Source: Polaribacter sp.
Lineage (GTDB): Bacteria; Bacteroidota; Bacteroidia; Flavobacteriales; Flavobacteriaceae
Assembly (NCBI RefSeq): GCF_036480315.1
Contig: NZ_JAZGGG010000020.1
Span: forward strand, 42,443-106,442
DNA: 64,000 nt
Direction: 5' to 3'
In this document: positions 17,482 to 26,673 of the stretch, piece after piece
Layout of the letters: every line of letters begins with the position of its first letter
Numbering within the stretch: position 1 is the stretch's first letter
Made by a program: the position numbers and the translations under genes
Notes under the pieces: model-generated
Seen by the model: only the letters and a program-made list of their open reading frames with translations
What the model was told of the DNA's origin: nothing
The model's database searches: none

Positions 17482-18530
17482 TGATATTTAAAAAGAGAAT
17501 TTTATACGCTGCAATCATTTTACTACTATTATATATTGCTAATATTTTTATTTCTACAGGATATTTTAGAACTATAGAAAATAAGTTTGAAGGAAAAATT
17601 CTAAAAGAAATTTCTCTTCCTGGAGCAGAAGATATTATTGTAAGTAAAATTGATAGTTTTGCTATTATTTCTTCAACAGCTAGAAACAAATTCCCAAATA
17701 TAGATCAAGAAATTGGTGGTTTGTATTTCATTGATTTAAAAAACACTACATACAAACCAATTCATTTAACAAAAAACTTTAAGAAGTCTTTTGCTCCTCA
17801 TGGAATTTCAATTTATAAGAAAGATGATGTATACACAATTGCCGCAATAAACCACACCAAAGAAGGGGAATTAATTGAATTTTTCGAATTGAAAGACCAA
17901 GAGTTAAATCATACTAAAACTTTAAAAGATGAATTGATTTTTAGTCCTAATGATATTGTTTTATTAGATGAAACTCGTTTTTATTTCACCAATGATCATA
18001 AATATCATAATGGATTACAACGATTAGCAGAAGACTATTTAGGTTTGGCTATTTCAAATGTTATTTATTTCAACGGACAAAACTATACACAAGCTGCAGA
18101 CGGAATTGCTTATGCAAACGGAATTAATTTTGACAAAAACAGAAACTTACTTTTTGTTGCATCACCAAGAGCATTTTTATTAAAAGTCTATCAAAAAAAT
18201 GAAGACAATTCTTTAACTTTTTTAGAAGACATCGATTGTAAAACTGGAGTTGATAATATAGAATTTGATGCTGAAGGAAATTTATGGATTGGTTCGCATC
18301 CAAACCTAATGCATTTTTCTTCTTATGCAAAAGGTGATGAAAAAATATCGCCATCAGAAATTATTAAAATTAATTACAGAAAAAAAGGAGATTATACTAT
18401 TGAACAAATCTATATGGAAGATGGTACAGAAATGTCTGCTTCTACGGTTGCTGCAACTTTTAATAATTTAATTTTAATGGGTAATGTTATGGATGATAAA
18501 TTTCTAATTCTAGAAAGAAATTCTAACTAA
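17481..18530 (+). CDS. Paraoxonase/arylesterase-like six-bladed beta-propeller (SMP-30/strictosidine synthase superfamily)
   Basis: GAEDI, PHGI, SPNDIV...FYFTNDH, ANGI, VDNI motifs; signal anchor. Confidence 0.85.
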   Translation: MIFKKRILYAAIILLLLYIANIFISTGYFRTIENKFEGKILKEISLPGAEDIIVSKIDSFAIISSTARNKFPNIDQEIGGLYFIDLKNTTYKPIHLTKNFKKSFAPHGISIYKKDDVYTIAAINHTKEGELIEFFELKDQELNHTKTLKDELIFSPNDIVLLDETRFYFTNDHKYHNGLQRLAEDYLGLAISNVIYFNGQNYTQAADGIAYANGINFDKNRNLLFVASPRAFLLKVYQKNEDNSLTFLEDIDCKTGVDNIEFDAEGNLWIGSHPNLMHFSSYAKGDEKISPSEIIKINYRKKGDYTIEQIYMEDGTEMSASTVAATFNNLILMGNVMDDKFLILERNSN

Positions 18531-18547
18531 ATTTATACATTCGCAAT

Positions 18548-19090
18548 ATGAAAAAATCAATTACAATCTTATTGCTACTTTTAATGACAATCTCTTGTGG
18601 AAGTGGTAAGTCTTTCCAAAGTTTTTTCAACGATCATAAGAGTGATATTGGTGTAACAGCATTTCAAGTTCCTAATTTTATGCGCGCTTTAATCAGTACT
18701 ATTTCACCAGAAGTTAATAATTTAATTGGTAATGTAAACGATTTAAAATTCATCACTTTTAACGATATTTCTAAAGAGAAACAAACACAATTAATTAATG
18801 AAATGAATTTAGTTACAAACGCTAATTTCACAGATATGTTACGAAGTAACCAACCTGAAAAAACAAAAATTATTTCTGTAAAAGAAGATGGAGATGTGGT
18901 AATACAAGCAATTATTTTTAATTCAACTTTAGCAAAAACCTCTGTTTTTTATTTAAAAGGTCGTTTCGATCCTAATAAAATAAAGCAACTTTCTGAAACA
19001 AATCAGTTCGAAGAATTATCTAGCAAGTTAATTCAGAATTACCAAGTTCATACAAAGCAACTAATTACACCAGGTTTTAATCCTAATTAA
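18548..19090 (+). CDS. DUF4252-like lipoprotein
   Basis: Lipobox TISC; size and sequence pattern. Confidence 0.7.
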   Translation: MKKSITILLLLLMTISCGSGKSFQSFFNDHKSDIGVTAFQVPNFMRALISTISPEVNNLIGNVNDLKFITFNDISKEKQTQLINEMNLVTNANFTDMLRSNQPEKTKIISVKEDGDVVIQAIIFNSTLAKTSVFYLKGRFDPNKIKQLSETNQFEELSSKLIQNYQVHTKQLITPGFNPN

Positions 19091-19092
19091 TT

Positions 19093-19707
19093 ATGAAAAA
19101 CATTCTTTTATTATTATCTATATTCTTAATAACATCTTGTAATTCACAAGATAAAAGAGCATTATTAGGCGAAACTGAATATCAGCAAAAATTAAACGCC
19201 AGTTATAAAGACGCATCAAAATCTCCTTTAAAAAAGAAAGATTTAAAAAAGTTTAAAGGACTAGATTTCTTTGCTGTAGATGCTACTTTTATAGTAACTG
19301 CAAAATTGGTTAAAACAGAGAATGCACCAACTTTTGAGATGGCAACTACCACAGATAGAAAACCATTGTACAAAGAATACGGCAAGTTAAATTTTACTTT
19401 ACAAGGAAAGAATTGCGTGCTTACCATTTATCAAAGTCAAGATGATTTACGAGATAAAAAGTACAAAGATTACTTGTTTTTACCATTTACAGATGATACT
19501 TCTGGTGAAGATTCTTATGGTGGTGGACGTTATATGGATGTTATGACCACAGATATTTCTGAAGAAAACACCATTATTTTAAACTTCAACAACACCTACA
19601 ATCCTTATTGTGCTTATAACTACAAATATTCTTGTCCGTTAACACCAAGAAAAAATCATTTAGATTTAGAAGTAAAAGCTGGAATTAAGGTTTTCAAGAA
19701 ACATTAA
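19093..19707 (+). CDS. DUF1684 domain lipoprotein
   Basis: FLPFTDDTSG..SYGGGRY, FNNTYNPYCAYN..YSCP. Confidence 0.9.
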   Translation: MKNILLLLSIFLITSCNSQDKRALLGETEYQQKLNASYKDASKSPLKKKDLKKFKGLDFFAVDATFIVTAKLVKTENAPTFEMATTTDRKPLYKEYGKLNFTLQGKNCVLTIYQSQDDLRDKKYKDYLFLPFTDDTSGEDSYGGGRYMDVMTTDISEENTIILNFNNTYNPYCAYNYKYSCPLTPRKNHLDLEVKAGIKVFKKH

Positions 19708-20405
19708 GAATCTATAGAAATATCGCTTTTTAAATCTAATTCAATTGCATTTTCTAAATCTAATAAATGCTGTTTTCTAACTTTTAATTTTGTTGCAGCA
19801 TGTGCTTTTTTATTCAATTTAGAAGACATTTCTGCAACCTTAATTGCAGTTGGCAATAAATGACTTTCAGGCACAATAATATCTAAAAAACCTGCAGCGA
19901 TTGCCTGTTTAGAGCTATAAATTTCAGCATTATTTACACTTCTATTTAAATATACTTCAGACAAACGTGCTTTTGCAATTGCAATTCCTGCATTGTGCAT
20001 TGTCATACCAATCATCACTTCATTTAAACCAATTTTAAAATCGCCTTCTACACCAATTCTATAGTCTGCAGAAAGTAATAAAAATGCACCTTTTGCAATG
20101 GCATGACCAGAACAAGCAACAATAATTGGTTGTGGAAAAGACAACATTCTTAACGATAATTTAGATCCTTTTGTCACTAATTCTTTTGCTGCTTCTGGTG
20201 ATTTGGTCATCACTTTTAAATCAAATCCTCCAGAAAAAATGCCAGATTTACCTGTTATAACAACTACTTTATTCTCTTGTTCCGCTTTGTCTAAACTTAA
20301 ATTTAAACCTTCAACAACTTCATGAGAAATAACATTTGCTTTTCCATTGTTAATAGTAATTATTGCGTAATTTTCTTCTGACTTGTAGCTTACAAATTCG
20401 TTCAT
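19704..20405 (-). CDS. Crotonase/enoyl-CoA hydratase family protein
   Basis: FSGGFDL, GHAIAKG, GLNEV motifs. Confidence 0.9.
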   Translation of the reverse strand: MNEFVSYKSEENYAIITINNGKANVISHEVVEGLNLSLDKAEQENKVVVITGKSGIFSGGFDLKVMTKSPEAAKELVTKGSKLSLRMLSFPQPIIVACSGHAIAKGAFLLLSADYRIGVEGDFKIGLNEVMIGMTMHNAGIAIAKARLSEVYLNRSVNNAEIYSSKQAIAAGFLDIIVPESHLLPTAIKVAEMSSKLNKKAHAATKLKVRKQHLLDLENAIELDLKSDISIDS

Positions 20406-20414
20406 TCTTTATTT

Positions 20415-20786
20415 TTATATAAATTTAACTAAATACATTCCTGCAAAAACAGCTAAAAAACCAATAACAAAACTGGCTATTGTGTAAAATGCAAAACTTG
20501 TAAAATCTCCTGATTTTAAAAACACATGGTTTTCATAGGCAAAAGTTGAAAAAGTTGTAAAACCACCACAAAAACCTGTTGCTAATAACAATGTACTATT
20601 CTGACTTAATGTTTCGTTTTTTGCTGCATAACCAAGAATAATTCCTATTAAAAGACTTCCTAATATGTTTGCAGCAAAAGTTCCGTAAGGAATTACGTTT
20701 TCAGAGTTATTTAACCATTTACCAATTAAAAAACGTAAAACACTTCCAAACCCTCCACCAATAAAAACGAATAGTAATTGTTTCAT
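20415..20786 (-). CDS. crcB: Fluoride efflux channel CrcB/FluC
   Basis: GGGFGSVLR, GTFAAN, GFCGGFTTFSTF. Confidence 0.95.
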   Translation of the reverse strand: MKQLLFVFIGGGFGSVLRFLIGKWLNNSENVIPYGTFAANILGSLLIGIILGYAAKNETLSQNSTLLLATGFCGGFTTFSTFAYENHVFLKSGDFTSFAFYTIASFVIGFLAVFAGMYLVKFI

Positions 20787-21748
20787 TACAGTTTTATTTC
20801 TTCAACGTCTATCCAATTTTTCTTTTGAACCACAGTTCCTTTATTTAAAATAATAACTCCAGGATTTGCTCTAATCATGGTTTTTAAAGTGGTTTCATCA
20901 CAGAATAAAAACTCGAAAGGCAGTTTGTGTTTCTCTTTAGCTAAAATTAAATCATCTGTAAATGAAGCTGAAACTCCATATACTGTATATCCTTTTTTAA
21001 TCGCTTTATTTGCTGCTGCTATAATTTTAGGAAACCCGGTTACATCAGATTTATCAAGATTATAAACAATAACCAACATCACTTTTTCTTTTGCTAATAA
21101 CTCCGGAGCTAAATCATTTTGAGAATCTTCCAACATAAAATCGTGTACTGGAGGAATTGAACCATCTTCTGGATATTCCATACCTGCTGATATATTCTTA
21201 CCAATTGCATATGCTCTAAAATCGATTATTGGTAAATGTGTTAGTACGTGTTGTACAATATATAAAAAGACTGCCAATGATAGAAAAGTAATTACTTTTG
21301 GAATTTTACCTTTAAAAATTGGTTTTATAAACTCAACTTTTATTAATAAAATAAAAATTAAAACAATTAAGATTATGTTTTTGTAAAAGGTTTCCCAAGG
21401 CGTTAATTTAATCGCATCACCAAAGCAACCACAATCTGTTACTTTGTTATAATATGCTGAATACCACGTTAAAAACAAGAAAATTAACGTTATAATTAAT
21501 AAACTCCAAACGGTAAATTTTGGTTTGTAGCCAATTAAAATCATAACTCCTAAAAGGATTTCTGCAATAATTAAGAAAATTGCAAACAGCAATGCATACG
21601 GAACTAAAAACTCCATATTTAAAACACCTTCAGAAAAGTATTCTTGAAACTTATATTGAGAACCAATTGGATCTACCAATTTTACAAAGCCTGAAAATAT
21701 GAATAAGGCTCCGACTAATATTCTTGAGATTTGGGTTAGTCTTTTCAT
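20786..21748 (-). CDS. BT_3928 family DoxX/MauE membrane redox protein
   Basis: SGFVKLVDP, DCGCFGDA, C-terminal thioredoxin-like part (RANPG). Confidence 0.85.
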   Translation of the reverse strand: MKRLTQISRILVGALFIFSGFVKLVDPIGSQYKFQEYFSEGVLNMEFLVPYALLFAIFLIIAEILLGVMILIGYKPKFTVWSLLIITLIFLFLTWYSAYYNKVTDCGCFGDAIKLTPWETFYKNIILIVLIFILLIKVEFIKPIFKGKIPKVITFLSLAVFLYIVQHVLTHLPIIDFRAYAIGKNISAGMEYPEDGSIPPVHDFMLEDSQNDLAPELLAKEKVMLVIVYNLDKSDVTGFPKIIAAANKAIKKGYTVYGVSASFTDDLILAKEKHKLPFEFLFCDETTLKTMIRANPGVIILNKGTVVQKKNWIDVEEIKL

Positions 21749-21752
21749 AAAC

Positions 21753-22437
21753 TTATTTAAAAAATTGTATTTTTTTAGAACTAGTATTTTTATTTATTAT
21801 TTTATAAGGATATATTAATGCTTCATTTAGGTTTAGAAAATGAATAGAATAGACAAGTCTCATTTTTATTTCATTTCTATTAATATTATAGTTCTTATGA
21901 ACTAAATGAATTACAGATACTGGATTCTCAAATTGATTACATACAGTTATAGGTTGAAAATATTCATAAATCACTTCGTTTTGTTTTGAAAATTCATTTA
22001 AGAAATTACTATAATTGCTGTATCCTTTTCCATTACGCACTTTTAATTCAAAATATTTTCTTTTAATCTTATTCTGTTTATTATCCAAAAAAGTTCCTTC
22101 ATTAACTCTCCAAAATTCATTAAAAAATTCCTCATCTAAATTCTTATATAGCTTTTTTTGATTTAGCGTAGTCTATAAAATATTGAGATTTCCCTTGAGA
22201 ATAAGCAATATCATTCTTCTTAACAAACTCATTATAACATTGTTCAATGTTATGTTTTTCTTCATCACAAATTTGTGCTTCAAAAAAGTCAACAATTTTA
22301 GCTAAATTCTCTAATTCATTATCTGTAAATGATTCTGATAATAGTTTATCAGATTTCATTTCTTTATAAGTAGATGATTCTTGTTTAGAACAACTACTAA
22401 AGATTAGAATAGAAATTAGGAAAATTAGTTTTTTCAT
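21753..22437 (-). pseudogene. Lipoprotein gene split by a frameshift at an A7 tract
   Basis: ORFs 22144-22437 (lipobox FSSC) and 21753-22088; the second frame is open back to the T7 tract at 22153-22159; A7 to A6 gives a continuous 227-aa ORF. Confidence 0.75.
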
Positions 22438-22453
22438 ATATTAAATTTAAAAA

Positions 22454-22502
22454 CTTCTCGATACAAATTTATTCATTCTTCATAAATTCACTCGAAGTGA
22501 CA
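22454..22502 (-). repeat. TGTCA-tagged REP-like hairpin
   Basis: 49 nt, 44/49 identical to 24711-24759. Confidence 0.8.
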
Positions 22503-22523
22503 GAATTTGCTTACTCTTTCCCC

Positions 22524-22579
22524 TTGTAACTATGTAACTCTGCACCTTTGAAACTTTGTTACTCTGCAACTTTACAACT
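22524..22579. repeat. Degenerate octamer tandem array (7 units)
   Basis: ttgtaact atgtaact ctgcacct ttgaaact ttgttact ctgcaact ttacaact. Confidence 0.8.
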
Positions 22580-22583
22580 CTTT

Positions 22584-23117
22584 TCACCCCAAATGAATCA
22601 TCGCAAAAACGGCATAATTAATCATGTCTTGGTAATTTGCATCAATACCTTCAGAAACTAAAGTTTTACCTTTATTATCTTCAATTTGTTTAACGCGTAA
22701 TAGTTTTTGAAGAATTAAATCTGTTAAACTAGAAACACGCATTTCTCGCCAAGCTTCACCATAATCATGATTTTTATTCATCATTAATTCTTTGGTAATT
22801 TTACTATGCTTGTCATACAAAACAGTTGCTTGTTCTGTGTTTAAATCAGGATTATCAACAACACCATTTTCTAACTGAATTAATGCCATTATAGAATAGT
22901 TAATGATGCCTATAAATTCAGGTTTTTCTCCTTCATCTACTTTTCTCACTTCATTTTCTTGCAATTGTCTAATTCTTTGCGCCTTAATAAAAATCTGATC
23001 TGTTAAAGACGGTAAACGTAAAATACGCCACGCAGAACCATAGTCAGACATTTTTTTTATAAATAAGCTTCGGCATTCTTCAATTACAGCATCGTATTGT
23101 TTCGAGGTATCTTGCAT
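22584..23117 (-). CDS. DUF1599 domain protein
   Basis: Two repeats of KxxDYGxAWR and DxxNY. Confidence 0.9.
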   Translation of the reverse strand: MQDTSKQYDAVIEECRSLFIKKMSDYGSAWRILRLPSLTDQIFIKAQRIRQLQENEVRKVDEGEKPEFIGIINYSIMALIQLENGVVDNPDLNTEQATVLYDKHSKITKELMMNKNHDYGEAWREMRVSSLTDLILQKLLRVKQIEDNKGKTLVSEGIDANYQDMINYAVFAMIHLG

Positions 23118-23205
23118 TTTCTTTTGTTAAAAAGTATTTGTTCAAAAATACTAAATCCTATATGCATTTCATTTATTTTTACAAAAGAATTTTAAAATCA
23201 TAAAA

Positions 23206-23787
23206 TTGAAAAGAATTGTTGTTTTTTGTGGAGCAAGTTTAGGCTTTAATCCTATTTATAAAGAAGCTGCTATAGCATTAGGAAATCATTTTGCCGAAAA
23301 CAAAATCGGTTTGGTTTACGGCGGAGGGAAAATAGGAATGATGGGCGCAATTGCAGATACAATTCTCGCTCATAATGGAGAAGTTATTGGTGTAATTCCA
23401 AAGTTATTAGAAAAAGAAGAAGTTGTACATGCTGGTGTAGAAGAAATGATTGTTTGTAAGAAAATGAGCGATCGAAAAGTAATTATGAGTAAATTAATTG
23501 ATGGTTATATTACGCTACCTGGTGGTTTTGGTACGTTAGACGAATTGTTTGAAGCGCTAACTTTAGGGCAACTTTATATTGAACAAAAACCAATAGGACT
23601 CTTAAATATAAATGGTTATTTTGATGCCATATTATTACAATTAGATAAAATGATTGAAGAAGGCTTTTTAAAGAAAAACAATAGAGATATGCTAATAATT
23701 GGGACTTCAGTAGAAGAATTAATGCAAAAAATGAACAATTACAAAGCACCAAAAATTAGCCACGTAATTAATAAAGTTGTAAGCTAA
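23206..23787 (+). CDS. LOG family nucleotide phosphoribohydrolase (TIGR00730)
   Basis: VYGGG..GMMG and PGGFGTLDE motifs. Confidence 0.92.
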   Translation: MKRIVVFCGASLGFNPIYKEAAIALGNHFAENKIGLVYGGGKIGMMGAIADTILAHNGEVIGVIPKLLEKEEVVHAGVEEMIVCKKMSDRKVIMSKLIDGYITLPGGFGTLDELFEALTLGQLYIEQKPIGLLNINGYFDAILLQLDKMIEEGFLKKNNRDMLIIGTSVEELMQKMNNYKAPKISHVINKVVS

Positions 23788-23788
23788 A

Positions 23789-24610
23789 ATGACAATAAAT
23801 TGCAAAGGTACTTTAGTAGATTTAGCATCCCCAAAAGTGATGGGGATTTTAAATATTACGCCAGATTCTTTTTTTGATGGTGGAAAATATAAAAACGAGT
23901 CAGACATTCTTTCTCAAGTAGAAAAAATGCTTTTAGATGGCGCAACTTTTATAGATGTTGGTGCATATTCTTCTAGACCTAGCGCAAAACATATTACCGA
24001 AGAAGAAGAATTGCAAAGAATTGTGCCTGTTATTAATTTATTAGTAGAGAATTTCCCAGAAATCATTATTTCTGTAGATACTTTTAGAAGTAAGATTGCA
24101 CAAGAAACTATAAATTCTGGTGCAGCAATTGTAAACGATATTTCTGGCGGAAAAATGGATGACAATATGTTTACAACTGTTGCCAATTTACAAGTTCCTT
24201 ATATTTTAATGCACATGTTAGGCACACCACAAAACATGCAGAAAAATCCAGTTTACAAAGATGTTACACAAGAAATTATTTCCTTTTTTGCTGAACAAAT
24301 TTACAAATTACATCAACTAAAACACAACGATATTATTATAGATGTTGGTTTCGGATTTGGAAAAACAAACACTCATAATTTTGAAATTCTAAAGAATTTA
24401 GATCTTTTTAAAAGTTTAGATGCTCCTATTTTAGCTGGAATTTCTCGCAAATCTATGTTGTATAAAACATTAGATATTTCTGCTCAAGAAGCTTTAAACG
24501 CAACCACTTCTGCAAATACGATTGCGCTTTTAAATGGTGCAAATATTTTACGCGTACACGATGTTAAAGAAGCAGTAGAAGCTGTAAAAATTGTGAATCA
24601 AATACTATAA
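23789..24610 (+). CDS. folP: Dihydropteroate synthase
   Basis: MGILNITPDSFFDGG, DVGFGFGK, SRKS, LRVHDV. Confidence 0.97.
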   Translation: MTINCKGTLVDLASPKVMGILNITPDSFFDGGKYKNESDILSQVEKMLLDGATFIDVGAYSSRPSAKHITEEEELQRIVPVINLLVENFPEIIISVDTFRSKIAQETINSGAAIVNDISGGKMDDNMFTTVANLQVPYILMHMLGTPQNMQKNPVYKDVTQEIISFFAEQIYKLHQLKHNDIIIDVGFGFGKTNTHNFEILKNLDLFKSLDAPILAGISRKSMLYKTLDISAQEALNATTSANTIALLNGANILRVHDVKEAVEAVKIVNQIL

Positions 24611-24624
24611 TTATTCACAAAGCT

Positions 24625-24650
24625 TGTCATTCCTGCGTAGGCAGGAATCC
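24625..24650 (+). repeat. dRS3/REP-like palindrome
   Basis: tgtcattcctgcgtaggcaggaatcc (ATTCCT-N8-AGGAAT). Confidence 0.75.
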
Positions 24651-24675
24651 ATAATAAGTTATTCTATTTTTAGAA

Positions 24676-24811
24676 GCTATTTCCAGCTTTCCACTATATC
24701 TTTTTATTTTGTTCTCGATACAAATTTGTTCATCCTTCACAAATTCACTCGAACTGACAATAAAAAGGTTAAAAATATCAACAGATATTTGAACGGTTTC
24801 AATCTGGGCTA
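24676..24811 (+). ncRNA. Flavo-1-like structured repeat, copy 2, with a REP inserted in its loop
   Basis: 5' gctatttccagctttcc...tcttttta and 3' aaaaagg...caatctgggcta blocks shared with 36316-36473. Confidence 0.55.
24711..24759 (-). repeat. TGTCA-tagged REP-like hairpin nested in the Flavo-1-like element
   Basis: Near-identical to 22454-22502. Confidence 0.8.
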
Positions 24812-24850
24812 AACTTGTTTACCAACTATCTGTCTAAATTAACAGCAACC

Positions 24851-24937
24851 TGTCATTTCGAAATGAGTGAAGAATGAACGATTGAGAAATCTCATAATTA
24901 TCTAAAACTATGAGATTTCTCATTCATCGGAATGACA
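24851..24937. repeat. TGTCA-tagged REP doublet / MITE-like element
   Basis: TGTCATT...AATGACA termini; internal 13-bp stem gagaaatctcata / tatgagatttctc. Confidence 0.75.
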
Positions 24938-24961
24938 CTCTGCTGAACCCTCTTAAACTTT

Positions 24962-24978
24962 CTGGCACTCTATTTGTT
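24962..24978 (+). promoter_or_regulatory. Possible sigma-54 (-24/-12) promoter of exbD
   Basis: CTGGCAC-N5-TTGTT (the -12 element is TTGT rather than TTGC). Confidence 0.4.
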
Positions 24979-25082
24979 AATATTATGTTAACGCCAAAAA
25001 TCTACCAAACTAAACTTTAATAAATCACTTCGAAATAATTCGGACTGAAAACCAATTTATTAACTTTTAAAAACTAGAAATT

Positions 25083-25682
25083 ATGAGTAGAAAAGAAACT
25101 CCAGAAATTAATGCTGGTTCAATGGCAGACATCGCATTTTTATTATTAATCTTCTTTTTGGTAACCACAACCATGAATATAGATGCAGGAATTTCAAGAA
25201 AAATTCCACAGAAACAAGAAACTCCAAAAATTGATGTTAATGAAAGAAACATTTTAGAAGTAAACATCAACAAAAACAATGATTTATTTGTAGACGGAAA
25301 AACAATTCAACAAAAAGAATTAAAACAACTTGCAATTGATTTTATAGATAACGGCGGCGGATTAGACATCAACAAATTAAATTGTGATTGGTGCCAAGGT
25401 TTAAAAATTTCAACGTCGTCCGATCATCCATCAAAAGCAATTATATTTATAACTACAGATCGTTTAACAAATTATGAAACCTATATCTCTACATTAGATA
25501 TCTTAAACTCTGCTTATACCCATTTAAGAAATAAACTTTCTGTTAAATTATACAATAGAAATTATGAAAGTTTGTTAGAAGATTATAAGAAAACGAATAA
25601 CAGCGATAAAAGTCTTCAAGAAAAAATAAAACTTATCAGAGATAAATATCCACTATTACTATCGGATGCAGAAAACATATAA
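25083..25682 (+). CDS. exbD: Biopolymer transport protein ExbD/TolR (Bacteroidetes long form)
   Basis: INAGSMADIAFLLLIFFLVTT signature. Confidence 0.92.
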   Translation: MSRKETPEINAGSMADIAFLLLIFFLVTTTMNIDAGISRKIPQKQETPKIDVNERNILEVNINKNNDLFVDGKTIQQKELKQLAIDFIDNGGGLDINKLNCDWCQGLKISTSSDHPSKAIIFITTDRLTNYETYISTLDILNSAYTHLRNKLSVKLYNRNYESLLEDYKKTNNSDKSLQEKIKLIRDKYPLLLSDAENI

Positions 25683-25707
25683 CTTTTTTATAAAAATTAT
25701 ATATTTT

Positions 25708-25733
25708 AGATTCCCGATTTCGCGAGAATGACA
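25708..25733 (-). repeat. dRS3/REP-like palindrome, inverted relative to 24625
   Basis: Reverse complement tgtcattctcgcgaaatcgggaatct. Confidence 0.7.
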
Positions 25734-25843
25734 ATTTTAAAGGAAACTTTGAGGCTAAACCTCAAAGCACGTTTTTTGAATAATAACTGATATTGTAATC
25801 AGCGAATTTATTAGTACTTTAGCCTAAAATCAGTCTCTTTTTT

Positions 25844-26623
25844 ATGTTCGATTTTATTGAATTTTCTTTATTAGATGTTTTAGATATTTTGTTGGTAGCA
25901 ACACTACTCTACTACATTTACAAACTTTTAAAAGGTACAGTTGCCATTAATATTGTTATTGGTATTGCGTTTATTTTTCTAATCTGGAAAATTACACAAG
26001 CCCTAAAGATGGAAATGTTAAGTGGTATTTTAGGTTATCTTTTATCTGGTGGAGTTATTGCACTAATTATTGTTTTTCAGCAAGAAATACGTAAGTTTTT
26101 ACTGATGATTGGTACTACTAATTTCACCAATAAACGTAATTTTTTAAAGCAGTTAAAGTTTTTGCAATCAGAAATTGGTTCAGAAATGGATACAGAAACA
26201 GTTTTAGAAGCATGTAAAAAAATGTCTAAAACTAAAACAGGTGCATTAATTGTTGTGGAAAGAACCAATAGTTTAGACTTTTTAATAAATACAGGCGATA
26301 AAATGAACGCTCAATTAAATGAAGCCATTTTACAAAGTGTTTTTTATAAAAACAGTCCGTTACACGATGGTGCTTTAATAATTAGAGACAATTTTATTGT
26401 TGCTACAAGAGTAGTTTTACCAATTTCAGACAGTACAAGAATTCCTGCAAGATTTGGTTTAAGACACAGGGCAGCAATTGGCATTTCAGAAAAAACAGAT
26501 GCCGTTTGTTTATTAGTTTCCGAAGAAACTGGTGAAATTTCTTATATAAAAGATGGTGGTTTTGTTCTTTATAAGGATTACATAGAACTCAACGAGAAAA
26601 TAAGAGCCGATTTAATACAATAA
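25844..26623 (+). CDS. dacA: Diadenylate cyclase CdaA/DacA
   Basis: 3 TM helices, FQQEIR, DGA and RHR motifs, VSEETG. Confidence 0.95.
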   Translation: MFDFIEFSLLDVLDILLVATLLYYIYKLLKGTVAINIVIGIAFIFLIWKITQALKMEMLSGILGYLLSGGVIALIIVFQQEIRKFLLMIGTTNFTNKRNFLKQLKFLQSEIGSEMDTETVLEACKKMSKTKTGALIVVERTNSLDFLINTGDKMNAQLNEAILQSVFYKNSPLHDGALIIRDNFIVATRVVLPISDSTRIPARFGLRHRAAIGISEKTDAVCLLVSEETGEISYIKDGGFVLYKDYIELNEKIRADLIQ

Positions 26624-26653
26624 AAAAGGTTCTCAAAATTGAGAACCTTTTTT
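26622..26653. terminator. Bidirectional intrinsic terminator
   Basis: aaaaaaggttctcaa / ttgagaacctttttt. Confidence 0.8.
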
Positions 26654-26673
26654 ATATTTAAAAAGTGACTTTA

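Noticed and set aside
20415-20786. Fluoride riboswitch for crcB
   Set aside because: The crcB start overlaps the upstream stop codon, leaving no leader
24624-24812. 62-aa ORF after folP
   Set aside because: It is composed entirely of REP and Flavo-1-like repeat sequence
22454-24937. Repeats as a CRISPR array
   Set aside because: There is no regular repeat-spacer periodicity and no cas gene; the octamer array has no spacers
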